A DNA stretch of 63,348 nucleotides, filler included, from Octopus bimaculoides (lineage: Eukaryota), in assembly GCF_001194135.2 (NCBI RefSeq). It is 5 parts of 5 records of this genome, joined end to end, with 100 filler letters (N's around TTAATTAATTAA, not from the genome) between each part and the next. Parts side by side here need not be neighbours in the genome. Positions count along the whole stretch, not along the records: positions 30,779 to 56,374 come from NC_068982.1; 4 more parts are not named here. One strand, given 5' to 3'. Positions within the stretch are counted from its first letter, which is position 1. Each line of letters opens with the position of its first letter. This document shows positions 37,276-49,084 of the stretch, piece after piece. Under the pieces are notes generated by a model. It saw only the letters and a program-made list of their open reading frames with translations. It made no database searches and had not been told where the DNA came from. Position numbers and translations under genes: made by a program.

Positions 37276-38044
37276 TATGTTACACTATATCATAAGCAGT
37301 AAAAATGTAAAGAATATAAAATGACCAAAATATTTATCATGCGTTTTATGCCTAATAAATAATATATGTGAATAAATAGAAAAATATAATTATAATGATA
37401 TTTTATTTAGTACAAATATCCTATATAGTAATAACGATAACAAGAAGGCACTTTGAAATGGGTGTCTTTCTTAAGGATATTAGTATTGGAGGTCATTGCT
37501 TTCCACATGCATTAAATCCAAGTTGCGATACATTTTACCATAAGTTAAGAAAAACTATTATTTCTAAAACAATTATTACCTTCTTTCTTACTTCATTTTA
37601 CTTATATTAGAATCATTGTGTTCAAAACAAAAGAAAAATATCGATGCGAGAATGTCTAATAATGAAACTTTCTATTGGAAATGGTAGTGTTCGGCAAAAA
37701 CATAAATTGGGGTAGTGGACTGCGCAATAACACTAATTGCCAACGTTAATTTCCCGGCAATAATCTAATCGGGAAGCTCTAGAAAAATATCCAGCTATTA
37801 CAATTCGGTTTCTCTTCTATGAATGGAGATTTGCATGTATAACAACTATGACTGGAGATTTGCATGTACAACAACTATGACTGCATGTCTTTTCATTTGT
37901 TGAGTTAGCATGATATTGTGAAGGGGTTATCTCATAAAACAATGATGCATTAAATAATTTGACACAATGCAATATCTGCGTATAACACTACATATTCGTT
38001 CTTCACTCGTGTATTACTATTGTTACTCTAAGTCATGTCCATTA

Positions 38045-38088
38045 TCCAGAAATATTTCGCCACACATCTATGACCTCTTCAGCGACAC
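38045..38088 (-). ncRNA. Minimal hammerhead motif, core intact, weak stem I
   Basis: Minus: GTGTCG | CTGAAGA | G GTCATA gatg TGTGGC | GAAA | TATT | TC | TGGA; palindromic GAAATATTTC. Confidence 0.6.
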
Positions 38089-38168
38089 TTTCTGTCTTTA
38101 TGTGTGCTCTTGCTCTGCTTATTTCATTCCATTCTGATAGAATGGTATAAGCGGAGCAACAACAGGGA

Positions 38169-38213
38169 GTTTCATTGAAGAGGTCACAGATGTGTGAGGA
38201 AAGATTTCTGGAC
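38169..38213 (+). ncRNA. Sister hammerhead motif with C3>U change
   Basis: GTTTCA | TTGAAGA | G GTCACA gatg TGTGAG | GAAA | GATT | TC | TGGAC. Confidence 0.5.
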
Positions 38214-38572
38214 AAAGACATGAGTTAGAATAAGACAAGAATAAACAGGTGAAGGGCATATATATAGTGCGTATGTTTATTTGATAAAAACAAAATGACC
38301 ATCCCCAAAGAAGTAAAGCTTTACGCGAAACGTAAAACAACCTTTCTTTCCTTCCGTAAGAGTCTGCTAATACTTTAAATATACCATGTCCTCGCGTTGT
38401 TGTCTGTTTGTGTTTGTTCTTCGTTCTTTTGGATTTACTATGTATGTATATATATATATATATATATATTCAAGGCTTGAATATGGTACCCGAATAAGGC
38501 ACCCGAATATCACATCCTAAAAGGATGGGTGATTAAAATCAAACAATAAGCAACACGGATTTCAAAAGTGAT

Positions 38573-38661
38573 TGCAGTACGCACGTTTCATGCTACTTCA
38601 ATTTATTTAAGTTATGTGAGCATTACCTTAAATGCAATATGAAGAGCAATCTTCAGCTGCA
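38573..38661 (-). ncRNA. Type-I hammerhead ribozyme motif, apparently complete
   Basis: Minus: TGCAG | CTGAAGA | T-TGCT-CTTCA...TGAAG-T-AGCA-T | GAAA | CGTGCG | TA | CTGCA. Perfect 5-bp stem I, long stem II, self-complementary stem III ACGTGCGT, GUA triplet (predicted cut 3' of the minus-strand A at 38578). Confidence 0.8.
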
Positions 38662-39958
38662 CGAAAAAATGCAGAAAAAAGACATATTACNNNNNNNNNN
38701 NNNNNNNNNNNNNNNNNNNNNNNNNNNNNNNNNNNNNNNNNNNNNNNNNNNNNNNNNNNNNNNNNNNNNNNNNNNNNNNNNNNNNNNNNNNNNNNNNNNN
38801 NNNNNNNNNNNNNNNNNNNNNNNNNNNNNNNNNNNNNNNNNNNNNNNNNNNNNNNNNNNNNNNNNNNNNNNNNNNATATATATCATAATTTAAATTTGAG
38901 TTAGTATTTATGGTAATACTAATTATAGGCATTGCAATATTATCAATAATTTTTTTTTTTTATGAAGAGTAAGAACTGAGTTAAAGTATGTATTACGGCA
39001 TGTATTTTGTTTAGCGTGCACCAGGAAGTTCACTAGGAGTCGTTTGAATATTCCCATCATATAACAATCAGACCTTAATACATTGAACTTACGTAGTCTT
39101 ACCAAATGGAAAGGTTATCTTTCGATGAAGAAGTCTAATGTAATCGAAACATTTCATTAGTTTTCCTGTATTTTCTAAAATATTGATTGAACTGAATACA
39201 ATGCAGTTATCTGTTGTGGCTTCTCAACGTTTTTGATCTTAAATATCCCGAAAACGAAAATATGTCTACTAATTGCATTTATAATCTCAGTTAATTGAAG
39301 TTTATACAATATTTTAGATATATGCAAATCTGTACCGTATTTATTTCATAAAGTTTTCATCTGAATTCTCTCGCAGAGAATATGCACCGACAATCACTAA
39401 GCTCAAGTGTTTTGATAATTATTTGATAGTCAGCAGTATCCCCCTAAGAAATACGAATTAACGAGTCAACAAGATAAATAGTAAATGAATATTATATATC
39501 GTTACGTGTAGTCACTTCACACAATGTGTGGAGTTGTAGTGGCCTTTATTGTGTAGAATGAAATGCAAACACTGCAAGGAAAAAAATCAATCAAATGGAA
39601 TGTATTTAATAAATGAGAAGGTGAAGAATCATCTGTTGAAAGTTGCATGGACAAAGCTTGTGTAGTATCAACAGCAACTGATAGAATTCTTGAGAGGAGT
39701 CTCGAGCACTAAGGCATCAAAACGAACAAGTGTGTTCAAAGCAATACCTGAGTAGTCAGAGAACCGCAAGAACTAACCAATCTGCCAAAAATACAAACAA
39801 CTGCAAAATAGAAAACATGATGAACAGTCACTTTTGAACGGAGTATAAGAGGGACAGAGTATGCAAAATGTTTAATAAGATACGGATAGATATGCAAACA
39901 GCTTCTTAGTAGTTCGCTGAGAGGACCTTAATAAACAAGCCCAAAATATCGGGTTTTA

Positions 39959-41947
39959 CAGTCATTTTCGAACGTTTGTCATTCAATTTGATAATCTGGT
40001 TATTCAAAGTCGCGAAAAATATTAGCGCCATGAAGATACTCATTCAAATTCGTTTTTCGATCATTAAATTTTGCACTTCGGTCAAAGAATTTAGCGTTTA
40101 CATCATTCAAATTAAAATGACCGTTGAGAGCATTCCAATTAGTCGGAATGCGTGCAAGCGTCTTTTCGAGGATTTAAATTAGTTTCCGAGCAATTTATTT
40201 AACACTTTGAGCAATCAAATTAGCACAATAGCTGTTTTCGTTTTATCTCATGACCACTGCTATCATAAACACGTGATTTCATCCATTGTTTATGCTTTAA
40301 ACACTCTGTCGTGCCCATGTCTTGTCTATGTATTCTGTTATTTTTGCATAGGTACATGTATTTATTGTTAATGACTTCATGAAATCGCATTCCAGCCTTT
40401 TCAATCTTTTTGAAGAAACTCCCAATTCCAGCAGATGTTCCTTTGCTCTGGTTTTAAATATATTATGTTGTGAAATGTTTCCTTCCTTTGCATATGCCTT
40501 GTTGGGAAAAGTATCTATTTCTCTGATTTTGTATTTTCCTTTCATCGGGGAAAGAGTATTATGAATACTAAGATAATTATTGATTTACAGGATAAGGATA
40601 GTTCCTTTGAGAGGATTTAGCCGTCCATTTCCCGATGGTCAAGGTATCTCCAGAGGTAGGTCTGTGTGTGTCTATACCAAGAGGCACAATTTTCTGGAGT
40701 GATAGCGTCGATGTTATGGCTTGCGATCTGCTGTATGATATGTGTTCGCCATTATTCCGTGGTCATGCCGGTTTCTTCTGCAGCTCCCGGTCGCCAACCC
40801 TTTGCTACAACTCAGCTCCAGCGAGATCCCGCTTGACAGCCGAATTAAAAGCAGAAAAGAATTGAGAAACGGCGAGTAGAGAGGCAGGAGTTGACACTGA
40901 TCCGTGGGTCGGCGTCAGCTTGGAGCTACGCACGAACGTGTGGCCGCGCGTTGTCGTAGATCAAGTAAACGGATTCATTCGTTGAGAACATCTCGGCACA
41001 TGTCCCTCGAAAGAGTTTCATGTAACGGCAAATGAAGTTGCAGTTTTCCCCACGCTGACGGTTGACAACTCGGCCAACATGTACGCCTCGGAGGGGTGGT
41101 GGTGGGTGGGGGTCTCGACCAAAAGACCGCCTGATCCAAATGTTGTACCTACACTAACCAATGAATATGCACTGGCCGACAGGACCCCTTCCATGAACCA
41201 ATGCGTGTACTCATAATCTTTTTCCATAGTTCTTGGGGCATTTCTTGCATCTGGGACGTCTTCGGCCAACTTCATATTTATCAACATCTTATCTAGATTG
41301 GGGACAAGGAAGCAGGTGGCAGATTGCGAGTGAGTTGGCATCACTAATTACCTGAAGCCTTAAAGTGGCGAGCACCTCCTCTGGGCAACGTGTGGCGCCG
41401 TAAGTAGGTCACTACTATGGATCGGGTAGTACTCCTTTTAATGACAAGTGTTTCTGCCAGTTGCAGGTAATCGATTTGGTGCCCATCGAAAGTGTTTCCA
41501 GCCTTGTCCTACGGTTAAGAATGTTGCAATTAAAAAGACTTCCGTGGACAGAAGACTCGCATAATTCGTTTCTTCCTTGTAGCTAAAACAACGTAATAAA
41601 AGTTGCATGACAAAATAGGTCATTTAAATTTGTCATTTTTAGCAGTAACTGCTTAGAAAGTGAATGAAAATACACGTGTAAAATTAATGCTAAATTGAAT
41701 ATACTTTTTCCGAATGCTCATGTGCGAATCTGAATGCTAGAAAAGACGCTTTCTCGCATTCCGATTAATTTGAATGCTCTCGACGGCCATTTTAATTTGA
41801 ATGATGCAAGTGCTAAATTTTTTGACCGAAATGCGAAATTGAATGATCGAGAAACGAATTTGAATGAGTAACGTCATGGCGCTAACATTTTTCGCGACTT
41901 TGAATGACCCGATTATCAAATTGAATGCAAATCGTCGAAAATGACAG
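39959..41947 (-). mobile_element. IS630/Tc1-mariner DNA transposon with ~220-bp TIRs, defective
   Basis: TA|CAGTCATTTTCG left end; TIRs ~39959-40180 and ~41725-41947 are reverse complements; right end reads ATGACAG|CG (TA not preserved). Confidence 0.9.
40610..41520 (-). pseudogene. DDE transposase pseudogene (Tc1/IS630-like)
   Basis: HTH DYLQLAETLVIKRSTTRSIVVTY..RGGARHFK; first-D block decayed to CIFIG*CRYNIWIRRSFGR (cf. IFIDESGFNIWTRRSFGR); VYLIYDNARPHVRA; LPLYSPFL (third-acid block deleted); C-term AITPENCASWYRHTQTY. Contains stops, frameshifts and deletions. Confidence 0.88.
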
Positions 41948-44191
41948 CGAACACCAATAATAAAATTTTGTGCAGTAATATCACTGGCGATAAATGAATC
42001 TATCATAAGAAAATATTTTGCAGATGTGACTGGAAGCCTCGAAAGACGCATAAGTTATAGCCATGAATGAGGTATAGCCGAATACTGTAGATGTTGAAAA
42101 AAAGCGCTGAATTTTTCAGAAATTAACTAATATGAAGCGATTCATGAAATATACGTAGAATAGAGACTGTATTTATTATAAATAGTTCTAATATAAGAAC
42201 ATACATTAAATATATAAGTAGCAAAACATTATACAGAGGAAAATAGTTACCGACAGGGAATCGTAAAATCTAACCAAATATCTATTAAAAGCAAATTTTC
42301 TAATAACCCTCTCTATTTCTATTTGTCTCTCTGGCTGTCTCTGTCTCTGTCTGTCTGTCTCTCTTTCTCCGTGTCTACCTCACGCTCTATTCTTTTCTGC
42401 ATGACGCTAACATCTTTAATAAAGAATACTGCTCTAGGATACAAATACTATGTTTGGAAAGTCTTTTGTATGAAGAGAATCTCGAGTTTTACGCTTCAAA
42501 TGAATCACCATTAGAAACACCGTTACAGACATAACAGTTATTTACTAGACTACGATATCATTTCGGAGTGAAAACATATGAAGCAAGGCAACATGGCTAA
42601 GAAAAAATATTAAAAATTCTAACATGTTAAAGAAAGTAAGATAAGGTGAATGGGCGAAGCATATATTAATAAACACAGAGGAAATGGCAATTTAATGAGG
42701 GTGCAATAAACAGAACTAAAAATACATAAGGTTAGAATACTATATAGAAGCTTTAGGTTAATATTTAAAAGAATTAAATGCAAGCAAAAAAAAAAAGCAA
42801 CATAAACGAAGTCACTTATCTTTCATACCAGAGGCCAAAATGGAGAAACGTAATACAATTTGAGAAATCATGGCCTTGTGCTAGATGCATCTTTTCTTTC
42901 CTGCAAAACCGACATCAGCTTCTGTATAGTCCTTCGCTTGTGAAAGGAAGCAGTATTTGTTGGGTCACACACGAGTGCTACTAATAAATTGTAGCCCAGC
43001 AAATCTTATTCTAGAGTCGAGTCGCAGGCAACGAGGTCACCTCCTACATCTAACCTAGATGTTGATAAAGGTTGCTGTAACCAAAATGAAACAAAATACC
43101 AGTAGAAGGACGCTTGAACCCAACGTAGGCCCGGAGACTATCTGGCAATCAGTTAGGGACTTAGAAAGAAAGATAGTTAACGCTTGGGTGTGAGGGTCCC
43201 TTAGATTTTGATAGAAAATTCGTACGGAGAAGGATAGCTAAAATAAAACCTGAAGATTGGTGGGTTCTTGGTCATATACCTGAAAAGTAAATACATTGTT
43301 GTACACACATCACTCACTATAACCAATAATACACAATAATCAATTATGAACGTTACGTAAAGTCAGGGGCAGTGGCTTGACTAGCTGGAAATATTAACTA
43401 CAAACCTCCAATTAAGAGTTTTGTTATATTAGTAACTTAATTTTATCCACATAGCGAATAACACATTCAGCAGCAACTTGACTGAACGTGTAACTTTCCT
43501 TTCTGAGAAAGAGATGCACACCTATTCATCATCACGATAAACCTAGAATAAATGATCTTCACAAACTGGCTTTTGTATTCGCTTTGCAAGCGACATAGGA
43601 CGGCAGAGACGCGAAAACAAATGTTCAAGGCCTTTCAATAAGTATGAACATGCTAACGAAATAAGTTTCTTTTGATTTTCCTACCCAGCCGGGCATAGCA
43701 ACATACAAACGTCATTGCGTAGAAGGTATTGTGCTTTAATTTGGATGGAGTGCTATCGAAAACATGGCCACCAGACTATTCCAAATGGAGCGACTTGTTT
43801 CAGTCATTTGATGTGGTTATGCTGGAGCAACAGACTTCGATAAGATGAACGATTGGGGAAATCTAGGTCGGTCGTTACAATATGATTTTTTTCTACTGTA
43901 TTACCTCTTTTCACTGCAGCATGTACTAAGAATTTTTGAGTAGATTTCTTTTTGTATATGAAATAATTTTCATACGAGAAACTTCAAGAAAGAAGTGATT
44001 TCTTCTCCCTAGATTTTTCTTTTTAATGTATTTTATTGTGTGTAAAACTCGACTTTTGAAAACATACATTAATATTTTAAAATAGATCTATTGTATGGAA
44101 ACATATTTTGTTTGAAAAATATTTTGTATTTTCACTTTCATATATATACATATAGGAAAATATCAACATCCTATTTCAAAATTGAAACAGT

Positions 44192-44222
<31 letters not shown>

Positions 44223-44361
44223 NNNNNNNNNNNNNNNNNNNNNNNNNNNNNNNNNNNNNNNNNNNNNNNNNNNNNNNNNNNNNNNNNNNNNNNNNNNNNN
44301 NNNNNNNNNNNNNNNNNNNNNNNNNNTGTGTGTGTGTGTGTGTGTGTGTGCGTGTGTGTGA

Positions 44362-44399
<38 letters not shown>

Positions 44400-45769
44400 C
44401 TTAGTGAAGTTTTTGTCAGCATAAATCTACGAATGGGAACTATTCTCAATACATGAATCTAGTGTGTCTACAACTTAAAAGAAACTGAAGTTTCTAGAAT
44501 CGTAAATCTATGTTTCTCTGTCATGTGACGATTCTTGAAGCTTTAAGTTCTATTCGAATCTATAGACATACGTCTTCCTGTGAGTATAATGCTAATGATA
44601 TTGCTGCCTTGCATCTAAATTTATGTGGATGTGTCTGTTTATAAATAGAATGTCATCATTTTCGCTCAAATGAATATCGAGGATTCTCAAACATTTATAG
44701 ATAATATCTGGCGTGAGTGTTTAATATTTCTAATAAAATGAAATCTACATTCATATAAATGGAATTGTGGAAAGAATTAAAATTTACTTTTATTGAATTA
44801 TGTTTTATTGATGTAGTAATATCGGTTGAGAAAACAAATCAATATTTGAAGTGAAACAGAGAAGAAATAATATTTGTAAGTCAAAATACTCTAATAAAAG
44901 ATTGAGTAATGCGAAGGAGAGAAAACCTAGCGAAAACAATAGCATCGAGATTTTATTTCACTTATTTGCAGAAAAGTTAAGACAGGGGAAATCGTAAGAC
45001 TTAATTGCTTTCAGTAATATTCCATCATATTTCAGCAACTGTGATAATACCTTTCAATTGATCAAGTTATAACTTGTGCTCTAACAATTACGTATTCCAA
45101 TACGCATATACATTCATAGACACACATACTGCATACATACGTATATATATATATATATATNNNNNNNNNNNNNNNNNNNNNNNNNNNNNNNNNNNNNNNN
45201 NNNNNNNNNNNNNNNNNNNNNNNNNNNNNNNNNNNNNNNNNNNNNNNNNNNNNNNNNNNNNNNNNNNNNNNNNNNNNNNNNNNNNNNNNNNNNNNNNNNN
45301 NNNNNNNNNNNNNNNNNNNNNNNNNNNNNNNNNNNNNNNNNNNNNNNNNNNNNNNNNNNNNNNNNNNNNNNNNNNNNNNNNNNNNNNNNNNNNNNNNNNN
45401 NNNNNNNNNNNNNNNNNNNNNNNNNNNNNNNNNNNNNNNNNNNNNNNNNNNNNNNNNNNNNNNNNNNNNNNNNNNNNNNNNNNNNNNNNNNNNNNNNNNN
45501 NNNNNNNNNNNNNNNNNNNNNNNNNNNNNNNNNNNNNNNNNNNNTATATATATATATATATATATATTCTTTTATTACATCTCCTTGATTACATTATTTA
45601 CATTATTTACATTTGACGGACATGTGTCCTCATCTTGTTTGTTGTTAACACAATGTTTCGGCTGTTAGATCCTCCAGCATTTATGAAGTGTGTTGGGGAA
45701 ATTTCGAACCTGGGTTCTCATTCCTAATGTATTTTTTCGATGTTATTATTAGTTGTGTTGATCCTAAAG

Positions 45770-46790
45770 CCAAATTCTCAAAGTATTCCATGTATATATT
45801 GGTTATTATCGGTGATAATGGTGAACCCATAGCTAAACCCTCGTACTATCGATATATTTCAGTGTCCATACTTAAATAGGTAGTTTCTACACAGAAGGTC
45901 AACATTTCCATCAAGTTACTTTTAGATGGGTGTCTGTCACTAGTTGTTCTTGAATCACCGATAGTGCTTCACCAGTTGGGGCTTTGCTGAACAGACTTAT
46001 CTCATCTAGACTCACCATCTGGTTGGATTCAATGGGGGTATCCTTGATCAATTCTGTGAAATGGGTGGAATTCTTTACGCTCGATGCTGATTTTCCTGGT
46101 AATAGACTGATTATATCTACAAGAAAGCGGCTCAGTGGATGACATACTGGACCAATACAGCTCATTATAGGTCTTAATAGAATACCGTCCTTGTGAATCT
46201 TAGGGAGACCGTACATGTGTGGTAGTTTACTGTTGTGTTGAGTCAGATGTCTGTACTTCATTGGTGTAAAGTGATCCTTGTTCTAGATTTGTGACAACTT
46301 GCTCTCTGTTTTCAGAGTTGGGTCTTTCTTTTCTTTGCTGTAGTTACCATCACTTATAAGACTGGCCAACTTTTCCTACTAATCAGACTTGTTCATCACC
46401 ACTGTAGCATTTCCCTTGTCCCACGGAAGTACTGCGATGGAATTGTCACTCTGTAGTCTTATGATAGCGAACATTTCTTCCTTAGTGAAGTTTCGCTTTT
46501 TCCAGTTCCTGTCTCACTCTCGACCTTAGTTCATCTCCTTGAGTTTTTGGTATCTCTACGGCTATCTCTTCAATAGGGGCTATGATGTCCAAGTACGGAA
46601 TGCGCTTGATGGCTGTCGCAAAGTTGAGACTTTTGTTTAGTACTGCTTCTTCAGAGCTTTCTAGATGTCGGCTACTTACATTAATTACTGCTTTCACAGG
46701 TGGTAACGAACTTCAGTCTTCATTCTCTGACCTTTGAGTTTCATAAACTTCTTAATCTGGCGTGTCTTCAGCATTTCAAATTCTTCCAAA
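45770..46790 (-). pseudogene. PLE reverse transcriptase 5' half
   Basis: VLPWDKGNATVVMNKSD; LPHMYGLPKIHKDGILLRPIMS; VKNSTHF..MVSLDEISLFSKAP; EGLAMGSPLSPIITNIYMEYFE; then deleted. Confidence 0.9.
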
Positions 46791-47077
46791 TAAGGGTAGA
46801 GGAATATCGCAAAGCTGTGACACAAGGAGATATTGATAAATCGGGTATAGCTGATCATGAATGGAAAAATGGAGACCACCTCCCCCTGTGGGATGAAGTT
46901 AAAATAATAGACACAGAACACCACTGGAAAATACGAAAACTAAAAGAAGCAGCACATATGCTAGGACACATCAACTTCCTAAGCAGTCCGAGTGCAGATA
47001 TGAGCAGCATATGGGAACCGGTATTAAGTAAGGATAGAGAAATATTAGATTTAAAAGACCTAACATTCACGCCATAA
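46790..47077 (+). pseudogene. PLE GIY-YIG endonuclease C-terminal part
   Basis: IRVEEYRKAVTQGDIDKSGIADHEWKNGDHLPLWDEVKIIDTEHHWKIRKLKEAAHM fits the PLE pattern RxxEH..SxIAxH..H..W..vxIl..E..R..EA. Confidence 0.85.
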
Positions 47078-47085
47078 TTGCCCAC

Positions 47086-47156
47086 GGGTATATGGCATAG
47101 TGGTTAAGAGCGGGGGCTACTAGCCTCAAGATTCCGTGTTCGATTCCAGGCATTGA

Positions 47157-47160
<4 letters not shown>
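47086..47160 (+). promoter_or_regulatory. tRNA-like Pol III promoter module inside the PLE terminal repeat
   Basis: A-box TGGCATAGTGG (47093-47103) and B-box GTTCGATTCC (47138-47147), followed by (AAT)n(AAC)n; same module at 48791-48865. Confidence 0.75.
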
Positions 47161-47195
<35 letters not shown>

Positions 47196-47234
47196 CAACA
47201 ACAACATCGAAAAACAAGGTTCGAAATTTCCCCA

Positions 47235-47281
47235 GACACCTGATAAATGTTTGAGGGGTATATCAGCAGAAACGTTGTGTT
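47235..47281 (+). ncRNA. Decayed minimal hammerhead in PLE terminal repeat
   Basis: GACAC | CTGATAA | ..CAGCA | GAAA | CG | TT | GTGTT; sister copies at 45647-45693 (-) and 48968-49003 (+) are also mutated. Confidence 0.55.
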
Positions 47282-47369
47282 AAAAACAAACAAAATAAGG
47301 ACAAATATCCGTCAAATGTAAATAATGTAAATATAGAACTCTATCTCCTTGATTGGTATTTAGATGGAA

Positions 47370-47425
<56 letters not shown>

Positions 47426-48364
47426 TGCACGATACAAATGAGGTGATGTTCTTTCGAAAACGGAAAGATTTGTCGATAACTATGGAACTCTCAACCACAT
47501 CCCTTAAGACTCAGAATGCTTTGTNNNNNNNNNNNNNNNNNNNNNNNNNNNNNNNNNNNNNNNNNNNNNNNNNNNNNNNNNNNNNNNNNNNNNNNNNNNN
47601 NNNNNNNNNNNNATATATATATATATATATATATATAAATTACCAGTATTAAAAATATCAATAATAATAAGGTGGCCAGCAAGTTTAACCTAAATAGGCA
47701 ACATGTACAAATAAATTAGGATGCTGAAATACAAGAAATAGAAGTCGACGTGCTAGAAATAGAAGTCAACAGTCCACAGCCACAACATTCTCACTATTAT
47801 GAAATACGCACGGCAAATGCATCGTATATAATAAAAATAGGCCATACATTTGCATAAACCACAATGCAAGAACATATATCTTGGTATGAATTGAATCTAC
47901 ATTTTGTGCGTTAGCCCTTAAGGAATATCAGCCAGGCTTACTGTTTTCAGCTATTTTCCAAAATATTCATTTTATTATATCGAGTTTGAATGTCGGGAGT
48001 CTGGCCGTATTTGAGTATTTGATCTAAGCAGTTTCCGAATGCAAAATTCATTATAGATGAATTACTACGTTGTTCGATTTGGATGAAAGTTATCATTCAC
48101 TAAACATAATTTTTTTTTCATTTAAAACAAAATGCCACCATTCTTTTGTATAACTGTACCGAGAGCGCATAATCTACGTTTCAATGTTTAATTATTTCCA
48201 CCACCTTGGAGGATACAGTTTCATTGTTACATGAATCGAACATCAGGCATTTTAATTGATATTTGTATTCTAAAATAATATAGAATTTAGCTAAGCTGAA
48301 GATATAGATCTTGATTTGTAATTCTAGATTAAATTAGTATGCATCTACTGAGAACTCTATATTG

Positions 48365-48540
48365 CTTATAGGTCCGTCGTTGTCGACGATGACCAGGGAC
48401 ATCACATGCGAGAAGAAGACGGGGTACAGATGTGGCTAATCAGTACGATGAGTGTAGGGAAGGCTCTGCAACAGGTCGGGTACTAGTGGTTTGTTGGGGC
48501 TGAAGGCAAGAAGTTGACTCTGGACTTGCGTAGTTCGCAA
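48365..48540 (-). pseudogene. RTE (BovB-like) LINE 3' end
   Basis: ELRKSRVNFLPSAPTNH*YPTCCRAFPTLIVLISH (C-terminal zinc finger CPxCxRxFxxxIGLISH) and 3' UTR ggtcatcgtcgacaacgacggac. Confidence 0.75.
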
Positions 48541-49065
48541 GAAGATATTGATAAATCGGGTATAGCTGACCACGTATTGCAAAATGGAGACCAGCTCCCC
48601 CTGTGGGATGAGGATAACATAATAGACATAGAATGTCACTGGAAAATATGAAAACTAAAAGAAGCAGCACATATGCTAGGACATCACAACCTCCTAAGCA
48701 GTTCGAGTGCAGATATGAGCAGCATATGGGAATCGGTATTAAGGAAGGATAGGAACATATTAGATTTATGAGCCCTAAAATTCACACCACGGGCATATGG
48801 CGTAGTGGTTAAGAGCGCCTGCTACTAACCCCAAGATTCCGAGTTCGTTTCCAAGCAGTTACATGAACAATAATAATAATAATGATAATAATAACAACTA
48901 CAACAACAACAACAAAAACAACGAAAGATACCTTAGGAATGGGAACCCAGTTGTGAAATTTCTTAAAAACACCTGAAACGTATATCAGCCGAAAGGTTGT
49001 GTTAACAACAAATGAGTACAAATATCCGTCGAATGTAGATAATGTAAATAATGTACATAATTCCT
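48541..49065 (+). mobile_element. Second copy of the PLE 3' module (EN tail + tRNA-like + HHR terminus)
   Basis: Colinear with 46825-47335 (gatattgataaatcgggtatagctga...aaagaagcagcacatatgctaggaca...). Confidence 0.9.
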
Positions 49066-49084
49066 GGTCTCTTAAATATAGAAC

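Larger units (their letters stand above)
38000..38255. repeat. ~255-bp foldback made of two inverted hammerhead-bearing units
   Basis: Arms ~38000-38095 and ~38160-38255 are reverse complements with moderate divergence. Confidence 0.8.
45585..47335. mobile_element. Penelope-like element (Penelope/Poseidon type), inverted bipartite insertion
   Basis: Minus RT segment plus terminal repeat on the left; plus-strand GIY-YIG tail plus terminal repeat on the right; the same terminus (aacatcgaaaaa...ccgtcaaatgtaaataatgtaaat) occurs at both outer ends in opposite orientation. Confidence 0.88.

Noticed and set aside
41290-41352. Apparent GT..AG intron in the Tc1 transposase
   Set aside because: The 'intron' itself translates to transposase-like residues (LQVISDANSL); better explained by deletions.
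43245-43295. CTGAAGA...GAAA on plus
   Set aside because: No stem I or stem III pairing.
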